32,000 nt of DNA from Acidaminococcaceae bacterium (GCA_034180005.1 JAXFPC010000024.1:6246-38245); one strand, 5' to 3'; counted from the first letter of the stretch, positions 17,471 to 26,484 are shown. Program-made: numbers and translations. The notes: generated by a model not told the origin, from the letters alone.

Positions 17471-19309
17471 TTAGAATTGAGCACCGAAGCTGAAGTGGAA
17501 ACGTCCTCCGTTGGAGCCGTAACCGTAATCCAGCTTGATCGGACCCAGAGGAGACGTTATCCGCAGACCCAGACCGATGCTGCTTTTAATCTTGCTCATA
17601 TCAAAAGCATCCTCGTGACGTTTATCCCAAGCATAACCGTTGTCGGTAAAGACAACTCCCTGGACTTTCTTTATGATTGGGAAGCGATATTCCAGCGTCG
17701 CCTTAAGCATACTGTTGCCGCGATATTGATCGTCCTCATAGCCGCGCAATGTTTCAGCGCCACCCATGGTAAAGCGCTGACTGAGAGGCATATTACCGCC
17801 GGCATACCCGGCGCCCAAGTTAAGCGCCCAGACGCTCTCACCACCGCCGCGATAATAATAACGGTAATCGGCGGTAAACTTAGTGAAATCAAAATCTCCT
17901 CCCATGAACCCGGCGTGCTCCAAACTGTAGCTGATACGTTTTCCTTCATGGGGATCATAAATATTGTCACGGGAGTCAAAAATTCTTCCCAACGTCAAAC
18001 TGCGAGTGGTACCGAAATTTTCGCGCCGACGTTCTGCAGCAGTAGAAGGCATCCATGCCTCACGCATACTGTCAAAAGAATTTTCATAGTATTGTGTAGA
18101 ACCTTCATAACCGTCGGCTATGCCCTTGTATTTATCTTTACGATTTTTCAAAGTGATATAATTGCTGACGAACTGATTATCCGTCACGCGGCTTAAGGTC
18201 AGTTCCTGACCTGTACGCCGTCTGTCATAACGAGCGATTTCGTTCGCGCTTTGATTATAATCGGCGCATTCGTTGGTCATATCGTAAATATTGATAGTCG
18301 CGCTCGTTTCCTTGCTGTCAATCCAGGGACGAGTGTAGGAAAAATCATAGTTTTTATTGTCCTCACTGCCGAATTCCCAACGCAGATTAACCTTGTCGCC
18401 AGTGCCGCGGAAGTTTTTATCGCCGATAGATACCATACCTACAAAACCGTCAGTACTGCTGTAGCCGGCACCAATACCCAAAGTTCCCGTATTCATTTCC
18501 ACAACGGAAATCTCTACTTCCACAGAATTCGGTTCCCGTCCGGGATTCAGTTTAATGTTTACGTCCTCAAAAAATCCGAGATTATAAACTCTTTGCATAC
18601 TGCGACGAGCTTCTTTAGCATTGAAAGGTTTGCCTTTTTTCAGCTTCATTTCCCGCAGGATGACGTAATCTTTTGTTTTGCTGTTACCTTTGACTTTAAA
18701 ATCTTCTACAACGCCTTCGTTAACCTCAAGGTTGATAATCCCCGAAGGATCCATTTGCAGATTGCTGACGCGAGCCAAAATATAACCGTTGCTGCGATAC
18801 TCTTCCTCAAGCTTCTGTACACAGGCGTTAATATCTTTTAAATTAGCTATTTTGCCTTCTTCAAGATTAAAAAATCCCTGCAGTTTTTTGGTAGAAATAA
18901 CGGTGTTACCCGTTGGAGCCACTCCTTTGTAAACAGGATTTTCCTGTACTCTGTATACTACCTGAACTCCTTCCGGAACAATTCTGAAATCAGGACGAAT
19001 GTCATAAAAATAGCCTAATTCGTAAATTGACGCCAAATCTTCGGAAATAACGGATTCGGTCAACTCATTTCCCGGCTTTGATTTTATAGCTCCCTTTATG
19101 ACATCCTCCGCTATAAGCTTTTGTCCTTCGACTATATGCTTTGTGATCCTCTTGCCGATGTACGGAGCCAGCGCATTCTCTTTTTTCGTTTCCACGGCTC
19201 CTGCCCCGTTTGCAACAGCGGGCTTAATCTCCTCAGCAAAAACAGGAGCGGTCAAAAGTAATGACATCGCACCTATGGCTAACGGTTGCAACAGTAATTT
19301 CTTTTTCAA
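17471..19309 (-). CDS. bamA: Omp85-family outer membrane protein assembly factor BamA (three POTRA-like repeats)
   Basis: 612 aa. Signal peptide ending PVFAEE. Three repeats of about 75 aa with the POTRA pattern. The barrel carries a loop-6 RGY motif (GGAETLRGYEDDQYRG) and the C-terminal signature GGRFHFSFGAQF. TTG start preceded by GGGGGA. Confidence 0.92.
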   Translation of the reverse strand: MKKKLLLQPLAIGAMSLLLTAPVFAEEIKPAVANGAGAVETKKENALAPYIGKRITKHIVEGQKLIAEDVIKGAIKSKPGNELTESVISEDLASIYELGYFYDIRPDFRIVPEGVQVVYRVQENPVYKGVAPTGNTVISTKKLQGFFNLEEGKIANLKDINACVQKLEEEYRSNGYILARVSNLQMDPSGIINLEVNEGVVEDFKVKGNSKTKDYVILREMKLKKGKPFNAKEARRSMQRVYNLGFFEDVNIKLNPGREPNSVEVEISVVEMNTGTLGIGAGYSSTDGFVGMVSIGDKNFRGTGDKVNLRWEFGSEDNKNYDFSYTRPWIDSKETSATINIYDMTNECADYNQSANEIARYDRRRTGQELTLSRVTDNQFVSNYITLKNRKDKYKGIADGYEGSTQYYENSFDSMREAWMPSTAAERRRENFGTTRSLTLGRIFDSRDNIYDPHEGKRISYSLEHAGFMGGDFDFTKFTADYRYYYRGGGESVWALNLGAGYAGGNMPLSQRFTMGGAETLRGYEDDQYRGNSMLKATLEYRFPIIKKVQGVVFTDNGYAWDKRHEDAFDMSKIKSSIGLGLRITSPLGPIKLDYGYGSNGGRFHFSFGAQF

Positions 19310-19328
19310 AATCGGTTCCCCCTATAAA

Positions 19329-19820
19329 TTATTTCGAATTGCGCAGTTCAACCCTAGCCGCCTGCACAAGGCGACGAACCTCGTCGCGTGATACGTCAAG
19401 ATTATCAACGGGTATATTCTGCTTGACTTCGGAAGCAACAGTTTTATGCTCCTCCTTAAAAGAACTATTCTCAAGCGCAGGTTTCTGTTCTGCAGCTGTA
19501 GCCTGAATCTGCGTTCTTACCGGCTCCGATATGGCAACCCGGTCGCTTTGAGGCGCGATGTTTTTTCTGGCGTAAAACCATCCGCTTAAACCAGAAATAA
19601 CAAGCAAAACTGAACAGAGCACTGCCAAAAGCTGCCTGTTCCAACACCACACCGAAGAATCCCTGCGGCGCAAATTTTTCAACTCGGCCTCTGCAAGCAT
19701 AAGATCCAGCTCTCCACGCAACTCTCTTTTATCGAGAAAACTTTTCTCAGCGTTTTCCAAACTGTTTTTCGCAGCGGTAATACGCCGGAGCAAAGTTCTG
19801 CCGTTCTCAGCCACCTGCAC
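19329..19820 (-). CDS. Single-pass membrane protein of unknown function (candidate anti-sigma or regulatory partner, speculative)
   Basis: 163 aa. Helical charged N-terminal region (LENAEKSFLDKRELRGELDLMLAEAELKNLRRR), one TM helix (LLAVLCSVLLVISGLSGWFYA), and an ~80-aa polar tail. GTG starts at 19820 and 19814 follow AAGGAGG. The stop is 19 nt from the bamA start. Confidence 0.7.
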   Translation of the reverse strand: MQVAENGRTLLRRITAAKNSLENAEKSFLDKRELRGELDLMLAEAELKNLRRRDSSVWCWNRQLLAVLCSVLLVISGLSGWFYARKNIAPQSDRVAISEPVRTQIQATAAEQKPALENSSFKEEHKTVASEVKQNIPVDNLDVSRDEVRRLVQAARVELRNSK

Positions 19821-19991
19821 GACCTCCTTTAAGTTTTACTCGGATGATACCTCTTTCAAAAACATTCTGACTTTTTATATAGAGTCATACTTTTTTATGA
19901 ATTATCTACATTGATTTAATTAAAATATGCCGGCATTTCCTCAAAATTACTCATTATTTCTCAAATTATCAATAATATCATGCTGAAATCA

Positions 19992-20627
19992 TCATGAATT
20001 ATTCAAGTCATGCATGAACCTCGACAACATTCCGCGTATACGTCGCACACCCTTCTTCTGCAACCTGTAAACATGCCCCAAGCTTACGTTAATGGTATCT
20101 GCTACAGCTTGAGCCGTTCTGTCTTCGATATAAATTTCCTGCAACACCTGCTGCTCCTTAGCCGGCAATCTTTGCAACGCCTGTTCTACTTTCTCTTTTA
20201 CTGCAAGCTGTTCAAATATCTCCGCCGGAGAACAAGCGTCGGACGGCAACACATCAGCAAGAGTGACTCCCTGATACAGTTCGCTTTCCAAAGAAAGGTC
20301 AACATTTTTACTGCAGGAACGAAGATAATCTATCATACTTCCTTTAATGCGGTAGGAAGCGAATAAACTGAAAGCCACTTTGCGAGTATGATCGTAGCTG
20401 TCAGCTGCTTCCAAAAGTCCAACCATGCCTTCTTGAATAAGTTCCATAGTTTCAGTCTCAGGGAGTTTGAAAGCAACAGCTATTTTAAATACCAACGGTT
20501 GGTACGAAAGCATCAGCTTTTGGTGCGCCTGTAAATCACCCCGAGCCGACAACTCCCATAAAGCCATTTCTTCTTCTGTTCTTAACAACGGTTGCTTGCG
20601 CAATTCCGCCAAATATTCCTGCAGCAT
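19992..20627 (-). CDS. RNA polymerase sigma factor, sigma-70 family (non-ECF-looking, group-3-like)
   Basis: 211 aa. Region 1.2/2.1-like LRTEEEMALWELSARGDLQAHQKLMLSYQPLVFKIA, region 2.2 ELIQEGMVGLLEAADSYD, region 4 HTH TAQAVADTINVSLGHVYRLQKKGVRRIR. ATG with a GGGAG RBS, 23 nt after the tamB stop. Confidence 0.85.
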   Translation of the reverse strand: MLQEYLAELRKQPLLRTEEEMALWELSARGDLQAHQKLMLSYQPLVFKIAVAFKLPETETMELIQEGMVGLLEAADSYDHTRKVAFSLFASYRIKGSMIDYLRSCSKNVDLSLESELYQGVTLADVLPSDACSPAEIFEQLAVKEKVEQALQRLPAKEQQVLQEIYIEDRTAQAVADTINVSLGHVYRLQKKGVRRIRGMLSRFMHDLNNS

Positions 20628-20650
20628 ATTTATCTCCCTTGCCTTATCGT

Positions 20651-23600
20651 TTAAAAGGTTAGCTTATATTCCACCCCGTACCAATGTTCTTTTTCTTTCA
20701 GCTTGCTGCTGTTGTTAGAATACGTTATGTTAAAATTATCGCTTATATCGTACTGCCCGAAGATACTTCTGTCAATACCGTCAAAGCTTGTCGTGTAACC
20801 AATCATAAAACGATCAGTTAAATATTTGCTCACCAGAATATTATACTGTCTCCGCTCATCCTTTGTAAGATCGCGTACTCTGTAGCTGCTGCCGGAATAT
20901 CCGATGCCCGAGCGAACCCGTCCGTTATAAATCTTAAATTGGTCTAAGCCCAGCCATTTCTCGACAAAATCCTCCACTTCTCCAAGAATTGTCATCTGGA
21001 GTCCTGCTGTCAGCAAATTAGCCATGTCGTCTCCGGTAATATAATCATTGCCAGCAATATCTCTCTGCAAAGTCAACATTCTCACTATAGTGTTTTTATC
21101 GAGAGGAGGATCGCTGCTTAGCTGCAGATCCATATTGTCGAGTTGTCCGGCAATGCGCATGGCAATATTATACCTGTTGAACCGCGCTCTGCTTTCCAAA
21201 TTTATATTGGGAATAAAGCTGCCTGCATCAATCCAAACAAGCCTTGCTTCATCAACTTTAAAGTTGGTGCGCAGATAAGTTACTGTTCCTTTCGTCGACT
21301 TTACGGATCCTTCTATCACGGGGAAAAGCGTGCTGCCCTTCAGCTTCAGACCTCCGCTCACCCAAAGATCATACAAAAAACTGTTGTAAAAATGAATCTT
21401 CGGTCCCAGCTCTATCTGAAGATCCATACCGTAATTGGAACTTCCTTCGCCGAATTCAGGTATCGTAGGCATATTTACCAAAACATCGTCAAATTTTATG
21501 CCACCCTTTATCATAGGTCTGAAAGCACTCGGCGGCGGATTATTTCCTTTTCTGTTTCTGAAATCAAAATATTTTTGCGGCAAAAGTTCAACATCCCCGG
21601 TTATCTTTCCGCTGAAGAGCGATGTATGAATCTCCGCGTTATCCGCTTTCACCTGCAGACTGTACGCCGTATCGGCAGATGTATTCAATGCATAAGTTCC
21701 TGCCGCATAAAGTGTTCCTTTGCCAAGTTTTGCCGACAACTCGGATAAATTGATACTGTTACCGTTAAATTCGGAGCGCAGATTCAGCTGTTCAAAAACT
21801 GTGGAAACATCCTTCAATTTAAGACTGCCGTCTTTAATCTGGATCGATCCGTACAGCAACGGCGATTCAAGTGTTCCGTCAATTTGTACTTTGCCTTGAA
21901 TATCCCCTATGCCCCACTCGACAAAATCTGTTAATGCTGGCAACAAGCCCAAACGAGCATCATCAAAATCAACATCTATCTTCATATGCGCATCTGCATG
22001 TCTGCGCTCTTCCTTGGGCCGGAAAAGATCCAGCGGAATCTCGCCCGACGCTCCCACATTATAAACATCCTTGGATAAAAGCAATTGGTGTAGCTTGAGG
22101 GAATCATCTTTCAGCGACAACACGGCTGTTGCTTTGTCAAGACTTACTCCGTCGATGCTACCGTCGTAAATTTCCACCGATGCTGAACCTGTAGGTGCGT
22201 CAAAACTTCCCTTTAATTCCGCACGTAAATCCGTCGTGCCTTTAATATCCCGCGGCACTTTCATCATAGCGGTAACTATTCCCGGGTCAGCTTTGCGAGC
22301 CGTTAATCCGATATTATATTCCCTTTTTTCAAAATCAACGTCGCCGTTTACAAGAACTATGCCCCTATCTTCAACGCTCTGTTTTTCCTGAAGCTTGACA
22401 TCGTCGAAATAAAGTTTTCCTTCACGCAGTCGTCCCTTAAAATTCAACTGATGGTACAACAGCCGGCTGAGTTTAACGTCATTGGCTGTAACGTCTATGT
22501 CCACACCTGCATTTTCGTCAGAATGCATAGTTATTTTTCCGTTAACAATTCCTTCTATATCATGCTCTACGCGACACATCCTCAAAATACCGCCGACGTC
22601 TCCCCACATGGTCAGTATATCTCCGGAAAGAAAACCGTCCGGAAGACTGATATTTAAATCCGCACTGTACATACCGTAATCAACCGTATTATTTTTATGA
22701 GGTTGCTTGAAAGATACGTTGACTAAATTTTTTCCCTTGCCATTTAAATTGACTCTTCCCTCTACATCGGTAATTGTCTCTCCGTTTATGCTTATATTCT
22801 CTGCCGAAACATTGCCGACAAAAAGAGGTTCTGACAAAGTGCCGCGCAGTTTTCCGGAAGCATTCACCAAACCGGCAAGTACAACGTTGTCACCAGTAAA
22901 AGGTATATTCCCCAAATCTACATTTTGAGACTGCACATCAAAATTTAAACTCTTATCCTGCAGCATGCTGCCGTTCAATACAACCTTGGCGGCATAAGCG
23001 TCCACGCGGAAATCTTTCAGCGTAAGCACTCCACTGTCATAAACGTAACTGCCTGTAATACTGTCAAAAAGATTATCGTCTATGCTGCCGTCCGAAGCAT
23101 AGAGATTCCCCTGCGCATACGGCGCGTCCATACTGCCGCGAATATGCAACTCATTATCCACATTGCCTGTCAAAGGTACGCCACTGTGAAGATGCTCAGC
23201 CAGCGGCTCCAAACGTACGGCATCGGTCTTAAGCGTCAAATCAAGCTGAGGAGTTTCTTCGTTCAAATTTACTGTTCCGCTTAAAATATGCTTGCCCTGC
23301 GACATATTGAAAACAATATTTTCAATGGCAGCAATGCCGTCTTTCAGCACTAAGCTGCCCACAGCACTTTTTACAGGCTGTTTCATGATATCCGCATCAC
23401 GAAGTTCCAAAGATACTTCCATCTCCGGACGATTGATGCTGCCGCGAAGCGCAAATCTTGAGGAAACGTTTCCACCGCTGCATTCAACGCCTACAGCTTC
23501 AAGCAAAGGCTGCAACCGGAAAGCATTCATTTTGCCGACGATATCCATGTTGCCGTTTTTTTCTATATACCCAACCGCATTTATGCTTCCGTCTCCGGAA

Positions 23601-24934
23601 AAAGCGCTGAAATGTTCCGCGTAAAGACGTTCATTTTTATACTTACCGTCAAAAGCCAACTTATGAATTTTTACACCGCGAAAATCAAGCGCCAAACTTT
23701 CTGCAGCCACGTTGACATCAAATCCGTCGTCTGCACGACGTACCAAAAATGCCGCATTTCCGTCCATAGTTACAGCATTTTGCGGCGATGCTTGCGGAGC
23801 ATACCGAATATTTTTCAGTTCAAGATCTCCCGCTGCAGTTTCTGTTGCTGTATTATATGTCCCGCCAAATATAAATGTCCCTTCACCGTAAGTTCCCGTT
23901 CCGTTACTTATATTAAGAATCCTCTCACGGTAAGAAAAAGGCAGCTTAACACCTGTAAAAGCGTGACCGTCATACATGAACCGCTCTGCTGAAACACTGC
24001 CTTCACCGCTTACATTCTCCGGATTTTTCAAATCGGCAGTGCCGCTCAGGAGCAGCCCTTGTCCATCCACTTCGATTGACAGCTTATCTGTTTGTACTAC
24101 ACTGTCGCTGCTTGTAATTTTTCCGCTCAGTTTTATTTTATGTTCGATATCTCGCAGCGCCAACACGCCTGTCACATCGTTCAAAAAACCTGTTCCCGAA
24201 TAGCGCACCTTTTCGCCGTCATTATCATAAATGAGGCGCACTGATTCCACAATACCCGTCATGTCGGCGACACCGCAGTATTCCTGCAGCATCCGAGCAT
24301 AAGAGTCCAGTATGAGCCTTTCACTTGACGCGGTAATATTTCCTGCGCCTTTAGTAGTCACCAATCCTTTCAAAAGAACTTTATTCTCTCCCTCTTGCAG
24401 CTGCAGTTCAGCTGCAAATTTAGGATTGCCTGTTCCGCTGATATCACCGTCTACCGAAAAAAATTTGCTTTCTTCCGTCGTGCTGACATGCAGCCCGCCG
24501 TTTTTTATTTCCAACAACCCGTAAAAAGGTGTGCTGTCAGAATCAGTACTTTTCAAAAATTCCGCTGTGTTCCATTTTTTGTTCTCATCTCGTTTCAGAT
24601 ACACTTGAGGCGCTTGCAATGTTACCCTACTCAGAGAACGTAAAGGATCGCTCAGACCAAGCCATGGTCTGAAACGCAGCTGCACCAGAGGCAGTTCCGC
24701 AATTTTGTCTCCTATCGCATCTTTTATCACAACGTCGCTTAGTTCCGCTTCAAGTCCTCCGTTCCAAACTATTTTGCCGACACTGACTTTTCCATTGATG
24801 TAATCTGTCGCTCTCTCTTCAATTACAGGCAGTAATTCTTTGAAATATTCCGGAGCGACGTCCTTAACCAAGAAGGCGTACCCCGCCGATAAAACTACGC
24901 CAATCAAACAAAAAATTTTTAAAAACAGCTTCAT
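20651..24934 (-). CDS. tamB: Translocation and assembly module protein TamB (AsmA-like, DUF490 C-terminus)
   Basis: About 1427 aa. N-terminal anchor MKLFLKIFCLIGVVLSAGYAFLV, a very long beta-rich body with G/N/D/S-rich repeats, and the C-terminal end HWYGVEYKLTF. The ATG at 24934 has GGAG 6 nt upstream. The track start at 24970 is TTG without an RBS. Confidence 0.85.
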   Translation of the reverse strand: MKLFLKIFCLIGVVLSAGYAFLVKDVAPEYFKELLPVIEERATDYINGKVSVGKIVWNGGLEAELSDVVIKDAIGDKIAELPLVQLRFRPWLGLSDPLRSLSRVTLQAPQVYLKRDENKKWNTAEFLKSTDSDSTPFYGLLEIKNGGLHVSTTEESKFFSVDGDISGTGNPKFAAELQLQEGENKVLLKGLVTTKGAGNITASSERLILDSYARMLQEYCGVADMTGIVESVRLIYDNDGEKVRYSGTGFLNDVTGVLALRDIEHKIKLSGKITSSDSVVQTDKLSIEVDGQGLLLSGTADLKNPENVSGEGSVSAERFMYDGHAFTGVKLPFSYRERILNISNGTGTYGEGTFIFGGTYNTATETAAGDLELKNIRYAPQASPQNAVTMDGNAAFLVRRADDGFDVNVAAESLALDFRGVKIHKLAFDGKYKNERLYAEHFSAFSGDGSINAVGYIEKNGNMDIVGKMNAFRLQPLLEAVGVECSGGNVSSRFALRGSINRPEMEVSLELRDADIMKQPVKSAVGSLVLKDGIAAIENIVFNMSQGKHILSGTVNLNEETPQLDLTLKTDAVRLEPLAEHLHSGVPLTGNVDNELHIRGSMDAPYAQGNLYASDGSIDDNLFDSITGSYVYDSGVLTLKDFRVDAYAAKVVLNGSMLQDKSLNFDVQSQNVDLGNIPFTGDNVVLAGLVNASGKLRGTLSEPLFVGNVSAENISINGETITDVEGRVNLNGKGKNLVNVSFKQPHKNNTVDYGMYSADLNISLPDGFLSGDILTMWGDVGGILRMCRVEHDIEGIVNGKITMHSDENAGVDIDVTANDVKLSRLLYHQLNFKGRLREGKLYFDDVKLQEKQSVEDRGIVLVNGDVDFEKREYNIGLTARKADPGIVTAMMKVPRDIKGTTDLRAELKGSFDAPTGSASVEIYDGSIDGVSLDKATAVLSLKDDSLKLHQLLLSKDVYNVGASGEIPLDLFRPKEERRHADAHMKIDVDFDDARLGLLPALTDFVEWGIGDIQGKVQIDGTLESPLLYGSIQIKDGSLKLKDVSTVFEQLNLRSEFNGNSINLSELSAKLGKGTLYAAGTYALNTSADTAYSLQVKADNAEIHTSLFSGKITGDVELLPQKYFDFRNRKGNNPPPSAFRPMIKGGIKFDDVLVNMPTIPEFGEGSSNYGMDLQIELGPKIHFYNSFLYDLWVSGGLKLKGSTLFPVIEGSVKSTKGTVTYLRTNFKVDEARLVWIDAGSFIPNINLESRARFNRYNIAMRIAGQLDNMDLQLSSDPPLDKNTIVRMLTLQRDIAGNDYITGDDMANLLTAGLQMTILGEVEDFVEKWLGLDQFKIYNGRVRSGIGYSGSSYRVRDLTKDERRQYNILVSKYLTDRFMIGYTTSFDGIDRSIFGQYDISDNFNITYSNNSSKLKEKEHWYGVEYKLTF

Positions 24935-25012
24935 GTTCTGCTCCGATATCCGTTCCATGTAAATCAACAAAAATAATTACCACTATTCTACTTCGACACA
25001 AGGTATAATCTT

Positions 25013-25039
25013 CCTTTAAAAAGTCATCATTTTTAAAGG
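25013..25039. repeat. Perfect AT-rich inverted repeat (10-bp arms, 7-bp centre) between the tolC terminator and tamB
   Basis: Plus strand reads cctttaaaaa-gtcatca-tttttaaagg. The arms are exact reverse complements. Confidence 0.8.
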
Positions 25040-25049
25040 ACCAATTGTC

Positions 25050-25083
25050 AAAAAAGAACCGTACGGAATCTTCCGTACGGTTC
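25050..25083 (-). terminator. Rho-independent terminator downstream of tolC
   Basis: Minus strand reads GAACCGTACGGAA-GA-TTCCGTACGGTTC, with perfect 13-nt complementary arms (effectively an ~11-bp stem and a 6-nt loop), followed by TTTTTT. It begins 12 nt after the tolC stop. Confidence 0.75.
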
Positions 25084-25095
25084 CTGCACAATATT

Positions 25096-26439
25096 TTATT
25101 TTGAAACAGACGTCTCAACTTTTATCGGCACTGCCATCGGCTCACCTATGGATGTCAACAAATTTGTTTTCGCAGTATTATAATCATACATAGCTGTAAA
25201 ATAATTATTCTTAGCGTCTGTTAGAGCAACCTGCGCATCCAACACATCAGTGTTCGTAGCAACGCCGGCACGATAACTCAACTGTGCTATGCGGAAATCC
25301 TCTTCGGCTTTAGCAACTGCCATCTCCGTAGTTTTGATTCTTTTTTCCGCTTCTCGCAAGCTCAGATAATTACTGCGCACATCCAAATTAACAGTGTCAA
25401 CCGTGTTGCGATACGCTTCTTCGGCAGAGTGAAGATTTGCTTCCGCTCCGTGTATTTTCGACAAAGTAACGCCGGAATCAAAAATATTCAGAGAAACATT
25501 AACGCCGACGCCCCACTTACCGTTGTCATCTCCGGGCCAATCAGTACCGTCCCAATTTTGCGTAGCACCTAAAGCTACCGTAGGCATATGACCGCTCCGC
25601 GCAATCTGCAAAGCGCCCTTGTAAACGTTCACTTTCTGACGCGCCTGCTCCAGCTCAGGCCTATGCTCGGCTGCATAGTCGAGGCAATATTTCAGATCTT
25701 TATCGTAAGGAGTATAGTTAAGCACATACTGAAGCTTCAGTGTCGTATCCAAAGGCAGACCGACAACTCTGTTCAAATTCGCTTCCGCCAGATGATAAGC
25801 ATTTTCCGCTTTCAGCAAACTTTGTTGCGCTCCTGCCAACTCAACTTCACTACGCAACACGTCCACCTTGGCTACGACACCCACTTCATACTGAGCGTTA
25901 ACGTTCTTAAGATGATCTTCCAGGCGCTGTACTGATTCTTTACCCAACTGCTGCATATTATCCGCCTGCAAAACGCTGAAATAACTGTTGGTCACATTTG
26001 AGCGCATTTCATTGTACGCTTTTTGTATTCCCACCTCAGCGATTCTATAGGATGCCTCAGCTTGTTTGGCATTGCCTTCCAACTTGCCTCCCGTAAAAAT
26101 CGGCAAACTTACAGAAAGACCGTTGGCATATTTATTGCCTATCCCTTTGCTGTAAATTCCCGGAATAACTTCCTGATAATCATTATAACCGCCACGATTG
26201 GTACTGTGAGTTCCCGTAATGCTGATGCCGAAGCTTTCGCGAGCCGCGTTATAATTGGAACGCGCATAGTCTCGTTCATAAGATGCTATCTTTAAATCCG
26301 GATGAGTAGCAAACGCTCTCTCCATAGCCTGCTGCAAATCAAGTTCCACTACCTCACCGGCAAATGCTGACCTCGACAGCATGAGTACCGCTGCGGCGGC
26401 AAGAACCAATCCTCTGTTTCCATATTTATAAATGCTCAT
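25096..26439 (-). CDS. tolC: TolC-family outer membrane channel (OEP family)
   Basis: About 447 aa. Signal peptide MSIYKYGNRGLVLAAAAVLMLSRSAFA. The mature start LDLQQAMERAFATHPDLKIA and the duplicated helical/beta repeat architecture are typical of TolC/OprM. The ATG at 26439 has GGAGG 7 nt upstream. The track start at 26457 is GTG and would contain that RBS. Confidence 0.88.
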   Translation of the reverse strand: MSIYKYGNRGLVLAAAAVLMLSRSAFAGEVVELDLQQAMERAFATHPDLKIASYERDYARSNYNAARESFGISITGTHSTNRGGYNDYQEVIPGIYSKGIGNKYANGLSVSLPIFTGGKLEGNAKQAEASYRIAEVGIQKAYNEMRSNVTNSYFSVLQADNMQQLGKESVQRLEDHLKNVNAQYEVGVVAKVDVLRSEVELAGAQQSLLKAENAYHLAEANLNRVVGLPLDTTLKLQYVLNYTPYDKDLKYCLDYAAEHRPELEQARQKVNVYKGALQIARSGHMPTVALGATQNWDGTDWPGDDNGKWGVGVNVSLNIFDSGVTLSKIHGAEANLHSAEEAYRNTVDTVNLDVRSNYLSLREAEKRIKTTEMAVAKAEEDFRIAQLSYRAGVATNTDVLDAQVALTDAKNNYFTAMYDYNTAKTNLLTSIGEPMAVPIKVETSVSK

Positions 26440-26484
26440 CTGTAAACCTCCATTCACAGCTGACTGATTAGTCAGTATAGCAAA

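Noticed and set aside
19916-19954. 12-codon mini-ORF (MSNFEEMPAYFN) on the minus strand in the AT-rich spacer after the sigma gene
   Set aside because: There is no convincing RBS, and an ORF this short is expected by chance. It is mentioned only because the spacer is otherwise unexplained.
19992-20627. The sigma factor as a sporulation sigma (SigF/SigG) or as FliA
   Set aside because: No spoIIAA/spoIIAB-type or flagellar genes are adjacent. It is shorter than typical SigF/SigG, with a reduced region 3. I cannot assign it to a named sigma without a phylogeny, so the symbol is left blank.
25004-25009. Perfect TATAAT on the plus strand upstream of nothing
   Set aside because: No -35-like hexamer lies at 16-18 bp, and no plus-strand gene lies downstream. 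It is most likely a chance hexamer in AT-rich intergenic DNA.
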